From the human T2T-CHM13v2.0 reference genome, Homo sapiens: 64,000 bases of DNA. This document shows positions 53,552 through 64,000 of this stretch, one piece after another. The stretch lies in the NCBI RefSeq assembly GCF_009914755.1, contig NC_060928.1; one strand, given 5' to 3'. Numbering within the stretch: the first letter of the stretch is position 1; every line of letters starts with the position of its first letter. The position numbers and the translations under genes are program-made. The notes under the pieces were generated by a model. That model was given only the letters and a program-made list of their open reading frames with translations, ran no database searches and was not told the origin of the DNA.

Positions 53552-54549
53552 GGTTAGAGCAATAAGATAAGAAAATTCATTTTAACATTCTGTTAACTCT
53601 ATGTGATGATTCAACTCTACATGTCTTCTTTCATATGCTTATGAAAGAGTATGTGTTTCTATAAATGTATTTTTTAATTATTTCTTCTCAATAAAGTTTT
53701 CTTTTCAGAAACCTTTTTCTCAGTATTAAAACATATATTTGGTTATCTTTTCCAATGGCCTTTAATTTAGTGTACATTTTATTTGTACTCTATTATCATC
53801 ATTATTTTATAGAAAAGCAATGGCACTATTATTATTTCATATTTTGTTATCTGTGCCTTAATTCTATTCAAATTCCACATGAATAATTGTTATGCATAAT
53901 TGCTAATCCTCAGAATAATTAGGATATTCTTGGAAAATGTCCATTTTACATAAAATATATCAATCATTCAAGGACATTTTTCTACTTTGCTTTGGTTTAA
54001 ACGCTCTGATTATAATTATACATAGAAATATCCACATATACCTGATCCACCTACTACAATTAAATTCCTAGCATATTTCTAAGTTTTTATATTGCACCAG
54101 ACAGATTCATAAATGATGTAATAATTTCAAATAGGCAATTCAAAATTGATCTATGTAACATATCATTAACTCTCTAGAAATGTACTTATCCAGTCATGAT
54201 GAAATTAGTACAGCAGAAGTAAAAGCTAAAATACATTACTTTGACTTATAAAAGTTAGTGACAAAGTTGCTTAGCAGTACTTAGTTTTCTATTAAAACAA
54301 ATGGCCTAATTCGTTAAGATCACTTTATGAAGTTTTCTTATCCATTTAGATCCTGTCTATGACATGTTCTTAACATAAATCTTACTAACCTCTGAATAAA
54401 TTTCTCTAATTCTCATAGGATCAACTTGTTTCATTTATTTTTCCCTTTTTCTTGGGATAAATCTTATAGAATATATATCTTTAGTTTTAAGTATTTTTTT
54501 AAATTAAGTTCTCAGACTTACAGGTATAATTTGGTTTTAAATAACTGCT

Positions 54550-54772
54550 TGCGTTAGTTATCTACTGCTTTGTAACAAATATACCAAAACTTAGTTTCTT
54601 TAAAACACTCATTTACGATCTCATTGTTTCTGGGAGTCAGGATTCAGGGCACAGCTTAGCTCTGTGTCTCCTGGTTCAGAGTCTGTTGCAGGCTGATTCA
54701 AGGTGTCAGTCAGGGACAATCCATCTCACTTTACAACAGGGCAGGAACCACTTCTAAGATCACTCAATGGTT
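54550..54772 (-). mobile_element. MLT1F-like LTR, partial
   Basis: tgcgttagttatctactgc..gtaacaaat..caaaacttagt..gagtcaggattc..gcttagct..tcaaggtgtcag. Confidence 0.75.
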
Positions 54773-54776
54773 ATGA

Positions 54777-54802
54777 GAAGGAAGAGGGAGAGAGAGAGAG
54801 AG

Positions 54803-54833
<31 letters not shown>

Positions 54834-54843
54834 GATAGAAAGA
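54777..54843 (+). repeat. (GA)n microsatellite
   Basis: Polypurine GA run. Confidence 0.9.
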
Positions 54844-54844
54844 G

Positions 54845-55066
54845 GTTTCTATTTATAGGTTTCTGCCTTGGGAAGTTGTGATTGTCTGTATTTCCCTGTC
54901 TGTCTCTCCAGTTTAAGGGGCAGTGATTTGTCCTGTGAACTCACTTCTCTTACAGATCTAAGAAGAGCTGATTTTTTTTTCAGTTTTTTTTCCTTTTTAA
55001 TTTCTTATGTGTTAGATAGAATGGTAACCCCAACTTCCTCATATGCTGAACCAGAAAGAAGAAGTC
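54845..55066 (-). mobile_element. Old L1M (MC/MD) 5' end fragment
   Basis: ggggcagtgatttgtcctgtgaactcacttctct..gatctaagaagag..accagaaagaagaagtc. Confidence 0.6.
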
Positions 55067-55469
55067 TGTGATATAGTTTTCATGGTATAACTAATTAATA
55101 TATGCGGTGTATGCTCTTTTACTCATCTCTTAATACCAGATTTCCTAGTTGATTTAATTAAAATGAGGTATTCATGTGTAAATAGTTTGTATTAAAGACA
55201 CATTGTTAAAAAAATGAATTAAGTGTGTGGTAGTATACCATTGAAAGGTTAATTAGATATGCAAATAAAAAATGCTAAGCATTTATAGTTGAATTGGATT
55301 TAAAACCAAGTCATTCTCTATCATTTATTTGTATTATAAGTAAAGTTAACATAATTATAGAGTATCAACTTCACAACTTTTCTACTCTATCTAAATATAT
55401 TCTTCTGAAAACACAGAAAAGCTATTTTTTAATTTCATGAGTGCCTGAGACTAACATATAATAATAGCA

Positions 55470-55680
55470 AGAATAACAGCTAACTTATTTTAGTATTTGC
55501 TCAATATGAGACAATGTTTTAAGCATTTTAAAGGTATAGCATATTTTAATTTCAATAACCACACTACCATTACCATGGCCATTTTGTAGAGGAGAGCACT
55601 GAAGTCGACTCTCACAAACTTTTACCAGCTGACAACTTGTTGAGTTAGATTCCAGACATTCTATTACGCACTCCAAATCA
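55470..55680 (-). mobile_element. MIR
   Basis: aataacagctaacttattt..cccattttgtagaggagagcactgaag. Confidence 0.6.
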
Positions 55681-55752
55681 ATCATACCCAAACTGTAGTC
55701 TCTGGGGGCAGCAAAAGCGTCACCTGCGACCCTGCTAGAAGTGTAGACTTTC

Positions 55753-56050
55753 GGCTGGGCGAGGTGGCTCACGCCTGTAATCCCAGCACTTTGGAAGGCC
55801 CAGGCGGGCAGATCACGAGGTCAGGAGTTTGAGACCAGACTGACCAACATGGTGAAACCCTGTCTCTACTAAAAATACAAAACTTAGCGGGACATGGTGG
55901 CGTGCACCAATAATCCCAGCTACTCAGGAGGCTGAGGCAGAAAAATTACTTGAACTGGGGAGGCAGAGGTTACAGTGAGCCAAGATCACGCCACTGCACT
56001 CCAGCTTGGGCAACAGAGTGAGACTCCATCTCAAAAAAAAAATTAAAAAA
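55753..56050 (+). mobile_element. AluSg-like
   Basis: gatcacgaggtcaggagtttgagaccag; full dimer. Confidence 0.95.
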
Positions 56051-56344
56051 GGCCAGCGTGGTGGCTCACGCCTGTAATCCCAGCACTTTGGGAGGCCGAG
56101 GCGGGCGGATCATGGGGTCAGGAGATCGAGATCATCCTGGCTAACACGGTGAAACCCCATCTCTACTAAAAATACAAAAAATTAGCCAGGCGTGGTGGCG
56201 GGTGCCTGTAGTCCCAGCTACTCGGGAGGCTGAGGCAAGAGAATGGCGTGAACCGGGAGGCAGAGCTTGCAGTGTGCTGAGATAGCGCCACTGCACGCCA
56301 GCCTGGGCGACAGAGCGAGACTCTGTCTCAAACAAACAAAAAAA
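56051..56344 (+). mobile_element. AluY directly after the AluS A-tail
   Basis: ggagatcgaga..atcctggctaacacggtg, gaatggcgtgaacc, gagcttgcagtg. Confidence 0.95.
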
Positions 56345-56550
56345 AGAAATGTAGACTTTCAGCTCCCCGCCAGAACTGCACATTCAGAATATGCATTTTA
56401 ATAAGTGCTTCCCTATATTATAAACTACTCCACTGCATTTAGTAGTAGTAAGAGTTTTTGCTGTTTTTATAGACTCTGATGCACAGGTTGTGACCGTATT
56501 CCTTCATTTACGATAGAAGGGGTTTCATCATTGACCCAATATAGCATGTA

Positions 56551-56628
56551 TTAGGTTGGTGCAAAAGTAATCGCAGGTTTGCCATTGAAAGTAATGGCAA
56601 AACCACAATTGCTTTTGCACCAACCTAG
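56551..56628. mobile_element. MADE1 (Hsmar1-derived MITE), near-perfect palindrome
   Basis: ttaggttggtgcaaaagtaat..ttgccattgaaagtaatggcaaaa..attgcttttgcaccaacctag flanked by TA at 56549-56550 and 56629-56630. Confidence 0.95.
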
Positions 56629-59131
56629 TATATAATAAACTCCTTCTCTTATCTAATATTAGAACTAGCATCTTGACAATTTAATGACATATAAGTATGT
56701 AGTCCTCCTTTTTTTTCCTTACCTGAGTCCCTGCCTGTCTCAGTACAGCTAAATTTCCTGTTTGGTTAAAGGTGAATGTGTTAAAATAATAATGGAGTGT
56801 AATTCATGGATATAAGAAATTAATTCTAGAGTTAAATTTTGTCAACTCTTCTCTTTTCTCAATACATCAAATATTGTGTTTAACACATTCTAGTATTTTA
56901 TTCTACATCAGTAGGGTATTGATTAGAAGAATTCCAAATTATTTTACACAATATTGAATAAATAATTTAACCTTTAAAAAATTGAAGTACATCTAAGAAG
57001 AAAAAAAATGAAGATGTAGAAAGAGAGAGTAAATAAAAAGATATGTTATTTTAATAAACATTAACTTGACAGAAAGAGTAGTTGCCTTGCTGTCAATTTG
57101 TAAGCTTTTGTCATCTAGGGTTTAGGTATAATACAAGTGATTGCTTCCAGGTTCCAAGGGTGTTCATCCTGTTAGTTAAGCATAGTACCTACAGTCAGAA
57201 CAATGTCAGGGATTACTTCTAATTTGGCCCATTGTTAGCAAACCAGTAGAATTCTCCAAAAGTAGGTTTTCTAATTTGTGGTGAGATATCACATTCATGA
57301 AACATAATTTTCCAAGAGGAAACATCCTTTAATAATGGAAAACAACTAAATGTCATCTATAGCAAACACGATAATCTACATTGGAGCGTGCCTACTAGTT
57401 GCGAGTCTTGAACAGAACACTTATAGAAATCTGTGTCATAATTTCATATGCTCTATTGTTTTGATTCTTTCTACTTTAGCATTTAAAAGAGCTAAGATTA
57501 CAACCAGATGAAATGAAAAAAATCATAGGAATTAAGCAAAAAAAAAAGTCCGAAATTGCTGAGATTTAAAGGAATTCAAATGATGCATACATATAATATT
57601 AAGCCAGCTCAATATTTTGCTTTTACCTGAAATATATGGATTAGTAGATTCAGATAATTTCCTTAGTTTTTTATTGCACGTTTCATATATCATAAAACAA
57701 AGTAACCAATTAAAGTTAAATGGTATTAACATTTTAAAACATTCACAATATTTAATGAAAGCCACTAGAAATAAATGAAGTCACTACATATAGTAGGAAT
57801 AATTTTTAGTGTAGGAGTAGAAGCAGCAGCGATTGCAGGCTCCCATCAGAAAAAAACGTAAGTGTGTGAAGCCTTTACTGGCAACCAAGGTATCCAGGTT
57901 CTCTCATCAAAAATGACTAGAAGACCGGCGTGACCCACAGATAGAAGGAAGAGCAGTGTGGTGTCGTGGCCCACCTGAGAACCACAGGGGGAAGGAGAAC
58001 CCCTTTCCCCTCAGCCAAGGGAGGTGGTTAGCAAGCATGCTATCCAGCCAGGGAAACTGTGCTTTTTTTCATGGAACTGTGCAACCCACAGATTGGAAGA
58101 TTCCACTCGTGAACTCACACCACTGGGGCCTAGCGTCCAACCCCAAGGCATGCAAATTCTTACAGCCTCTCAGTTGGAATCTGCTTAAGCCTACCAAACT
58201 CCCAGGGGAGGGATGGACAACTAGTACTGGCTGTGGCTGCCTGTTGTCTAAGCTTTTGAGTTCCTTGGGGGAGGGGCAGCAGCCATCACTAGGACTTGCA
58301 ACTGCCTAACACACTAAGTTTCTTGGGCAGGGGAAGGGTGGCACCCATTTCCATAGCTCCAGGCTGCACTTTTCCCCTGCTGGAGCCAGGGAGGCTGGAC
58401 GGCTTGGTCCCAAGACTTGTCCCCATAGCCCAACACACCAGTTGTGGCAGTCTGTGGCCAAAGTGCCTCTTCAGGTCTAACCCTGATTCATCCTTCTTCA
58501 GTAGCTGGGGCTTCCCTGCAAGATCTCCAATAACTCCAGCCACAGGCTGAAGGACAGAATTCGGATCTCCCCAGGCCTGAGCCCCACTACAGGGGGAGGG
58601 CTGGCAGCAGTCTCTGCAGACCAGCAGACTTAGCCTCTCCTCCTGCTAGTTCTGAGGAATCTAGCAGCCCAGACAAGTGGGTTCCCCCCAGTGAATCACA
58701 CCCTCTCCACCAAGGGGATAAAGTGCTTCCTTAAATGGGTCCTGTTCCCTGTGCCACCCAACTGGGTGAGACCCTCCAACAGGGGGTGTCAGACACCCTA
58801 TACAGGAGTGATCCAACTGGCATAAAGTTGGTGCCTCTTGAGGTCAGAGGTCCCAAAAGAAGGGGCAGGCACCCATCTTTGATACTCTCCAGCCTGCTTG
58901 AGTGACATCCCCAAGCACGGGAGCGAATCAGATGAATAGGACCTGAAGTGAACCCACAGCAAACTGCAGCAGCCCTACAGAATAAGGACCTGACTATTGA
59001 AAGAAAAACAGACAAGCAGAAAGTGACAACAATAGCATCAACAACAACAACAACAAAAAAGGCCCCCCAAAAACCCCATCCAAGGATCAGCAGCCTCAAA
59101 GACTGAAATTAGACAAACTCATCTCATAAAG

Positions 59132-60151
59132 ATGAGAAAGAATCAATGATAAAATGCTGAAAACCCAAAAGGCCAGAGTGCCTCTTCTCCAAATGATTGT
59201 AACGTTTCTCCAACAAGGGTGCAGAACTGGGTGGAGGATGAGATGGATGAATTGACAGAAGCAGGCTTCAGAAAATGGGTAATAAAAAACTACATGAGCT
59301 AAAGGAGCATGTTCTAACCTAATGCAAAGAAGCTAAGAACCTTGATAAAAGCTTAGAGGAATTGCTAACTAGAATATCCAATATAGAGAGTAACATAAAC
59401 GACCAAATGGAGTAGAAAAACACAGCACGAGAACTTCGTGAAGCGTACACAAGTATCAACAGTCAAATAGGCCAAGTGGAAGAACGGATGTCAGAGTTTG
59501 AAGACCACTTTACTGAAATAAGACATGCAGACAAGAATAGAGAAAAAGGAATGAAAAGGAATGAACAAAGCCTCCAAGAAATATGGGACTTCATAAAAAG
59601 TTCAAATCTACCATTGATTGGAGTACCTGAGCGAGACAGAGAGGATGGAAACAAGCTGGAAAACACACTTCAGGATATTATCCAGGAGAACTTCCCAACC
59701 TAGCAAGACAGGCCAACATGTAAATTCAGGGAATACAGAGAACACCATTAAGATACTCCACAAGATCAACCCCAAGATACATAATCATCAGATTCTCCAA
59801 GGTCAAAATGAAGGAAAAACTGTTAAGGACAGCCAGAGAGAAAGGCCAGGCCACCTTCAAAGGAAAGCCCATCAGACTTATAGTGGACCTCTCAGCAGAA
59901 ACTTTATAAGCCAGAAGAGATTGGGGACCAATATACAACATTCTTAAAGAAAAGAATTTCCAACCCAGAATTTCATATCCCTAGCCAAACTAAGCTTCAT
60001 AAGCAAAGGAGAAATAAAATCCTTTCCAGACAAGCAAATGTTGAAGGATTTCATTACCACCAGGCCTGCCCTGCAAGAGCTCCTGAAAGAAGCACTAAAT
60101 ATGGAAAGGAAAAGCCAGTAACAGCCACTGCAAAAACACACCAAAATATAA
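59132..60151 (+). pseudogene. Disabled L1 ORF1p
   Basis: ATG at 59132; peptide MKRNEQSLQEIWDFIK..LIGVPERD..LENTLQDIIQENFP; several in-frame stops and frameshifts. Confidence 0.9.
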
Positions 60152-60211
60152 AGACCAATGACACTACAGAGAAACTGCATCAACTAGTTTGCAAAATAAA
60201 CAAATAGCATC

Positions 60212-63200
60212 ATGAGGACAGGATCGAATTCACACATAACAATACTACCTTTAAATGTAAATGAGCTAAATGCTCCAATTAAAAGACACACACTGGCAAA
60301 TTGGATAAGGAGTTGAGACTCATTGGCGTGCTGTATTCAGGAGACCCATCTCATGGGCAAAAGACACACACAGGCTTAAAATAAAGGGACAGAGGAAAAT
60401 TTACCAAGCAAATGGAAAGCAAAAAAAAAAAAAAAAAAAAAAAGTAGGGGTTTCAATCCTAGTCTCGGACAAAACAGTCTTTAAACCAACAAATGGCTGG
60501 GTGCAGTGGCTCACACCTGTAATCCCAGTACTTTTGGAGGCCGAAGTGGGTGGATCACAAGGTCAGGAGTTTGAGACCAGTCTGGCCAACATGGTGAAAC
60601 CCTGTCTCTACTAAAAAATACAAAAAAAGTTAGCTGGGCAAGGTGGCACATGCCTGTAATCCCAGCTACTTGGGAGGCTGAGGCAGGAGAATCACTTTAG
60701 CCGGGTAGCAGAGGTTGCAGTGAGCCGAGATGGCTCCTCTGTACCATAGCCTGGGTGACAGAGCAAGACTCTGTCTCAAAAAACAACAACAACAGCAACA
60801 AAAAACCCAACAAAGATCAAAGAAGAGCATTACATAATGGTAAAGGGAACAATTCAACAAGAAGAGCTAGCTATTCTAAATATATATGCACATAAAACAG
60901 TAGAAACCAGATTCATAAAACAAGTTCTTAGAGACCTAAAAATAGACTTGGACTCCCACACAATAATAGTGGGAGACTTTGACACCCCACTGTCAGTATT
61001 AGACAGATCAATGAGACAGAAAATTAGCAAGGATATTCAGGACTTGAACTCAGCTGTGGATCAAGTGGACCTCGTAGGCATCCACAGAACTCTCTACCCC
61101 AGATCAACATAATATACATTCTTCTCAGTGGCACATGGCACTTATTCTAAAATCGACCACATAATTGGAAGTAAAACACTCCTCAGCAAATGCAAAAGAA
61201 TTGAAATCATAACAGTCTCTCAGACCACACTGCAATCAAATTAGAACTCAGGATGAAGAAACTCACTCAAAATCACACAATTTCATGGAAATTGAACAAA
61301 CTACTCCTGAATGACTCCTGGGAAAATAATGAAATTAAGGCAGAAATCAAGAAGTTCTTTGAAACCAATGAGAACAAAGACACAATGTACTAGAGTCTCT
61401 GGGACACAGCTAAAACAGTGTTAAGAGGGAAATTTATAGCACTAAATGCTCACATCAGAAAGCTAGAAAGATCTCAAATAGACACCCTAACATCACAATT
61501 AAAAGAACTAGAGATGCAAGAACAACTAATCTAAAAGGTAGCAAAAGACAAGAAATAACTAAGATCAGAAATGAATTGAAAGAGATAAAGAGGCGAAAAA
61601 CCCTCCCAAACGTCAACAAATACAGGAGCTGGTTTTTTGAAAACATTAACCAAATGGATAGACCACTAGCTAGACTAATAAGAAGAGAGATAGGAATCAA
61701 ATAGACACAATAAAAATGATAAAGGGGATATCCCCACTGACCCCACAGAAACAGAAACTAACATCAGAGGATACTATAAACACATCTACACAAATAAACT
61801 AGAAAATCTAGAAGACATGGGTAAATTCCTGGACACATACACCCTCCCAAGACTAAACCAGGAAGAAATTGAATCCCTGAATAGACCAATAACAAGCTCT
61901 GAAATTGAGGGAGTAATTAATAGCCTACCAAACAACAACAACAACAAAAACCCAGGACCAGACAGATTCACAGCTGAATTCTACCAGAAATGCAAAGAGG
62001 AGCTGGTACCATTCCTTCTGAAACTATTGCAAATAATTGAAAAGGAGGAACTCCTCCCTAACTCATTTTTTGAAGCCAGCATCATCCTGACTCAAAAACC
62101 GGGAAGAGACACTACAAAAAAAGAAAACTTCAGGTCAATATTCCTCATGGCTAGGAAAATCCTCAATAAAATACTGGCAAACTGAATCCAGCAGCACATC
62201 AAAAAACTTATTCACCACAATCAAATTAGCCGAATCCCTGGGATGCAAGGTTGGTTCAACATATGCAAATCAATAAACATAATTAAATAATCCATCACAT
62301 AAACAGAACCAAAGACAAAAAGCACATGATTATCTCAATAGATGCAGTAAAGACCTTTGATAATTTTCAACATTCCTTTATGTTAAAAACTCTCAATAAA
62401 CTAGGTATTGAGGGAACATTTCTCAAAATAACAAGAGCTACTTGTGACAAACCCACAGCCAATATCATAGTGAATGGGCAAAAGCTGGAAGCATTCCCTT
62501 TGAAAACTTGTACAAGACAAGGATGCCCTCTCTCACCACTCCTATTCAACATAGTATTGGAATTTCCGGCCAGGACAAAGAGAAAGGTATTCAAATAGGA
62601 AGAGAGGAAGTCAAATTGTCTCTGTTTGCAGACTACATAATTTTATATTTAGAAAACCCCATCATCTCAGCCCAAAAACTTCTTGAACTGATAAGCAACT
62701 TTAGCAAAGTCTGAGGATACAAAATCAAAGTCCAAAAATTACAAGCATTCCTTTACATCAACAATAGGCAAGCAGAGAACCAAATCATGAATGAACGCCC
62801 ATTCACGATCACCACAAAGAGAATAAAATACTTGGGAATACAGCTAACAAGGGATGTGAAGGACCTCTTCAAGGAAAACTATAAACCACTGCTCAAGCAA
62901 ATAAGAGAGGACACCAACGAATGGTAAAACATTCCATGCTCATGGATAGGAAGACTCAATATCACGAACATGGCCATACTGCCCAAAGTAATTTATGGAT
63001 TCAATGCTATTTGCATCAAATTACCATTGACACTCCTCACAGAATTAGAAAAAATGACTTCAAATTTCTTAAATGTAAAACCCAAAACCATAAAAGCCCT
63101 AGAAGAAAGCCTAGGCAACACCATTCAGGAAATAGGCATGGACAAAGACTTCATGACAAAAACGCCAAAAGCAATGGCAACAAAAGCCAAAATTGAAAAA

Positions 63201-63994
63201 TGGGATCTAATTAAACCAAAAACTAAAGAGCTTCTGCACAGCAAAATAAACTATCAGAGTGAATAGGAAACCTACAGAATGGGAGAAAAGTTTTGCAATA
63301 TACCTATCTGACAAAGGATTAATATCCAGAATTTACAAGAACTTGAACATATTTCCAAGAAAAAAAAAAACCATCAAAAAAGCAGGCAAGGATATGAACA
63401 GACAGTTCTCAAAATAAAACATGTACATGGCCAATAAACATATGAAAAGAAGCTCAACATCACTGATTATCAGAGAAATGCAAATCAAAACCACAATGAG
63501 ATACTATCTCATGCCAGTCAGAATGGAGATTATTAAAAGTCAGGAAACAATAGATGCTGGAGAGGATGTGGAGAAATAGCAATACTTTTACACTGTTGGT
63601 GGGAGTGTAAATTAGTTCAACCATTGTGGAAGACAGTATGGTGATTGCTCAAGGATCTAGAACCAGAAATACTATTTGACCCAGCAGTCCCATTACTGAA
63701 TATATACCTAAAGGATTATAAATCATTCTACTATAAAGACACAAGCACAAGAATGTTTATTGCAGCATTATTTACAATAGCCAAGACTTGGAACTAACCC
63801 AAATGACCATCAATGATAGAGCGGATAAAGAAAATGTTGTACATATACACCATTGAATACTATACAGTCATAAAAAGGAATGAGATCATGTCCTTTGCAG
63901 GGACACAGTTGAAGCTGGAAGCCATAATTCTCAGCAAACTACACAGGAAAAGAAAACCAAACACTACGTGTTCTCACTTATAAGTGGGAGTTGA
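60212..63994 (+). pseudogene. Disabled L1 ORF2p (endonuclease and reverse transcriptase)
   Basis: Fragments [47 protein letters not shown] (catalytic FADD mutated); stops, Alu insertion and a large deletion. Confidence 0.92.
60495..60802 (+). mobile_element. AluSg-like inserted in the L1 ORF2 endonuclease region
   Basis: Full dimer with (CAA)n tail; TSD aaacc(c)aacaaa at 60483 and 60803. Confidence 0.95.
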
Positions 63995-64000
63995 ACATTG

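Larger units (their letters stand above)
55685..56420 (+). mobile_element. MER5A-like DNA transposon split by an Alu doublet
   Basis: gcgtcacctg..tgctagaagtgtagactttc | agctccccgccagaactg..tcagaatatgcattttaataag. Confidence 0.6.
57816..64000 (+). mobile_element. Near-full-length old L1PA (about L1PA10-13), continuing past the window end
   Basis: About 1.3-kb GC-richer 5' UTR (tagaagcagc..ggcaaccaaggtatccaggttct), then degenerate ORF1, spacer and ORF2 in order. Confidence 0.95.

Noticed and set aside
61925-61950. (CAA)n expansion giving poly-Asn in L1 ORF2
   Set aside because: Post-insertion microsatellite growth in an A-rich stretch of a dead element.
57816-64000. Active L1, or L1 ORF0
   Set aside because: ORF1 and ORF2 have many stops and frameshifts, an Alu insertion, FADD mutated to FADY and a large deletion. 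The 5' UTR is an older type in which I see no ORF0.

Overview
AT-rich primate genomic DNA, human-like (AluY/S/J, L1PA, THE1D and MADE1 are all present), typical of a gene desert or very large intron. I find no intact protein-coding gene, RNA gene, CRISPR array or prokaryotic-type system. The window is a layered record of transposable elements: about 13 Alus, several L1 fragments, a near-full-length but dead L1PA running off the right edge (about 57.8-64.0 kb), old L2/MIR pieces, ERVL/MaLR LTRs including an apparently complete LTR-internal-LTR MLT1 provirus, and the DNA transposons MER107, MER63, Tigger2a, MER20, MER5A and MADE1. The ORF-track entries are repeat-derived or chance ORFs. The most notable details are structural: a twin-primed inverted L1, an in-frame 119-codon deletion in L1 ORF2, an Alu doublet under one TSD, local tandem duplications, a TAAT-motif cluster, a MADE1 (miR-548-type) hairpin and a few weak exon-like islands. 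Repeat family names come from my recall of consensus sequences, not from a database search. Boundaries of old elements are approximate.
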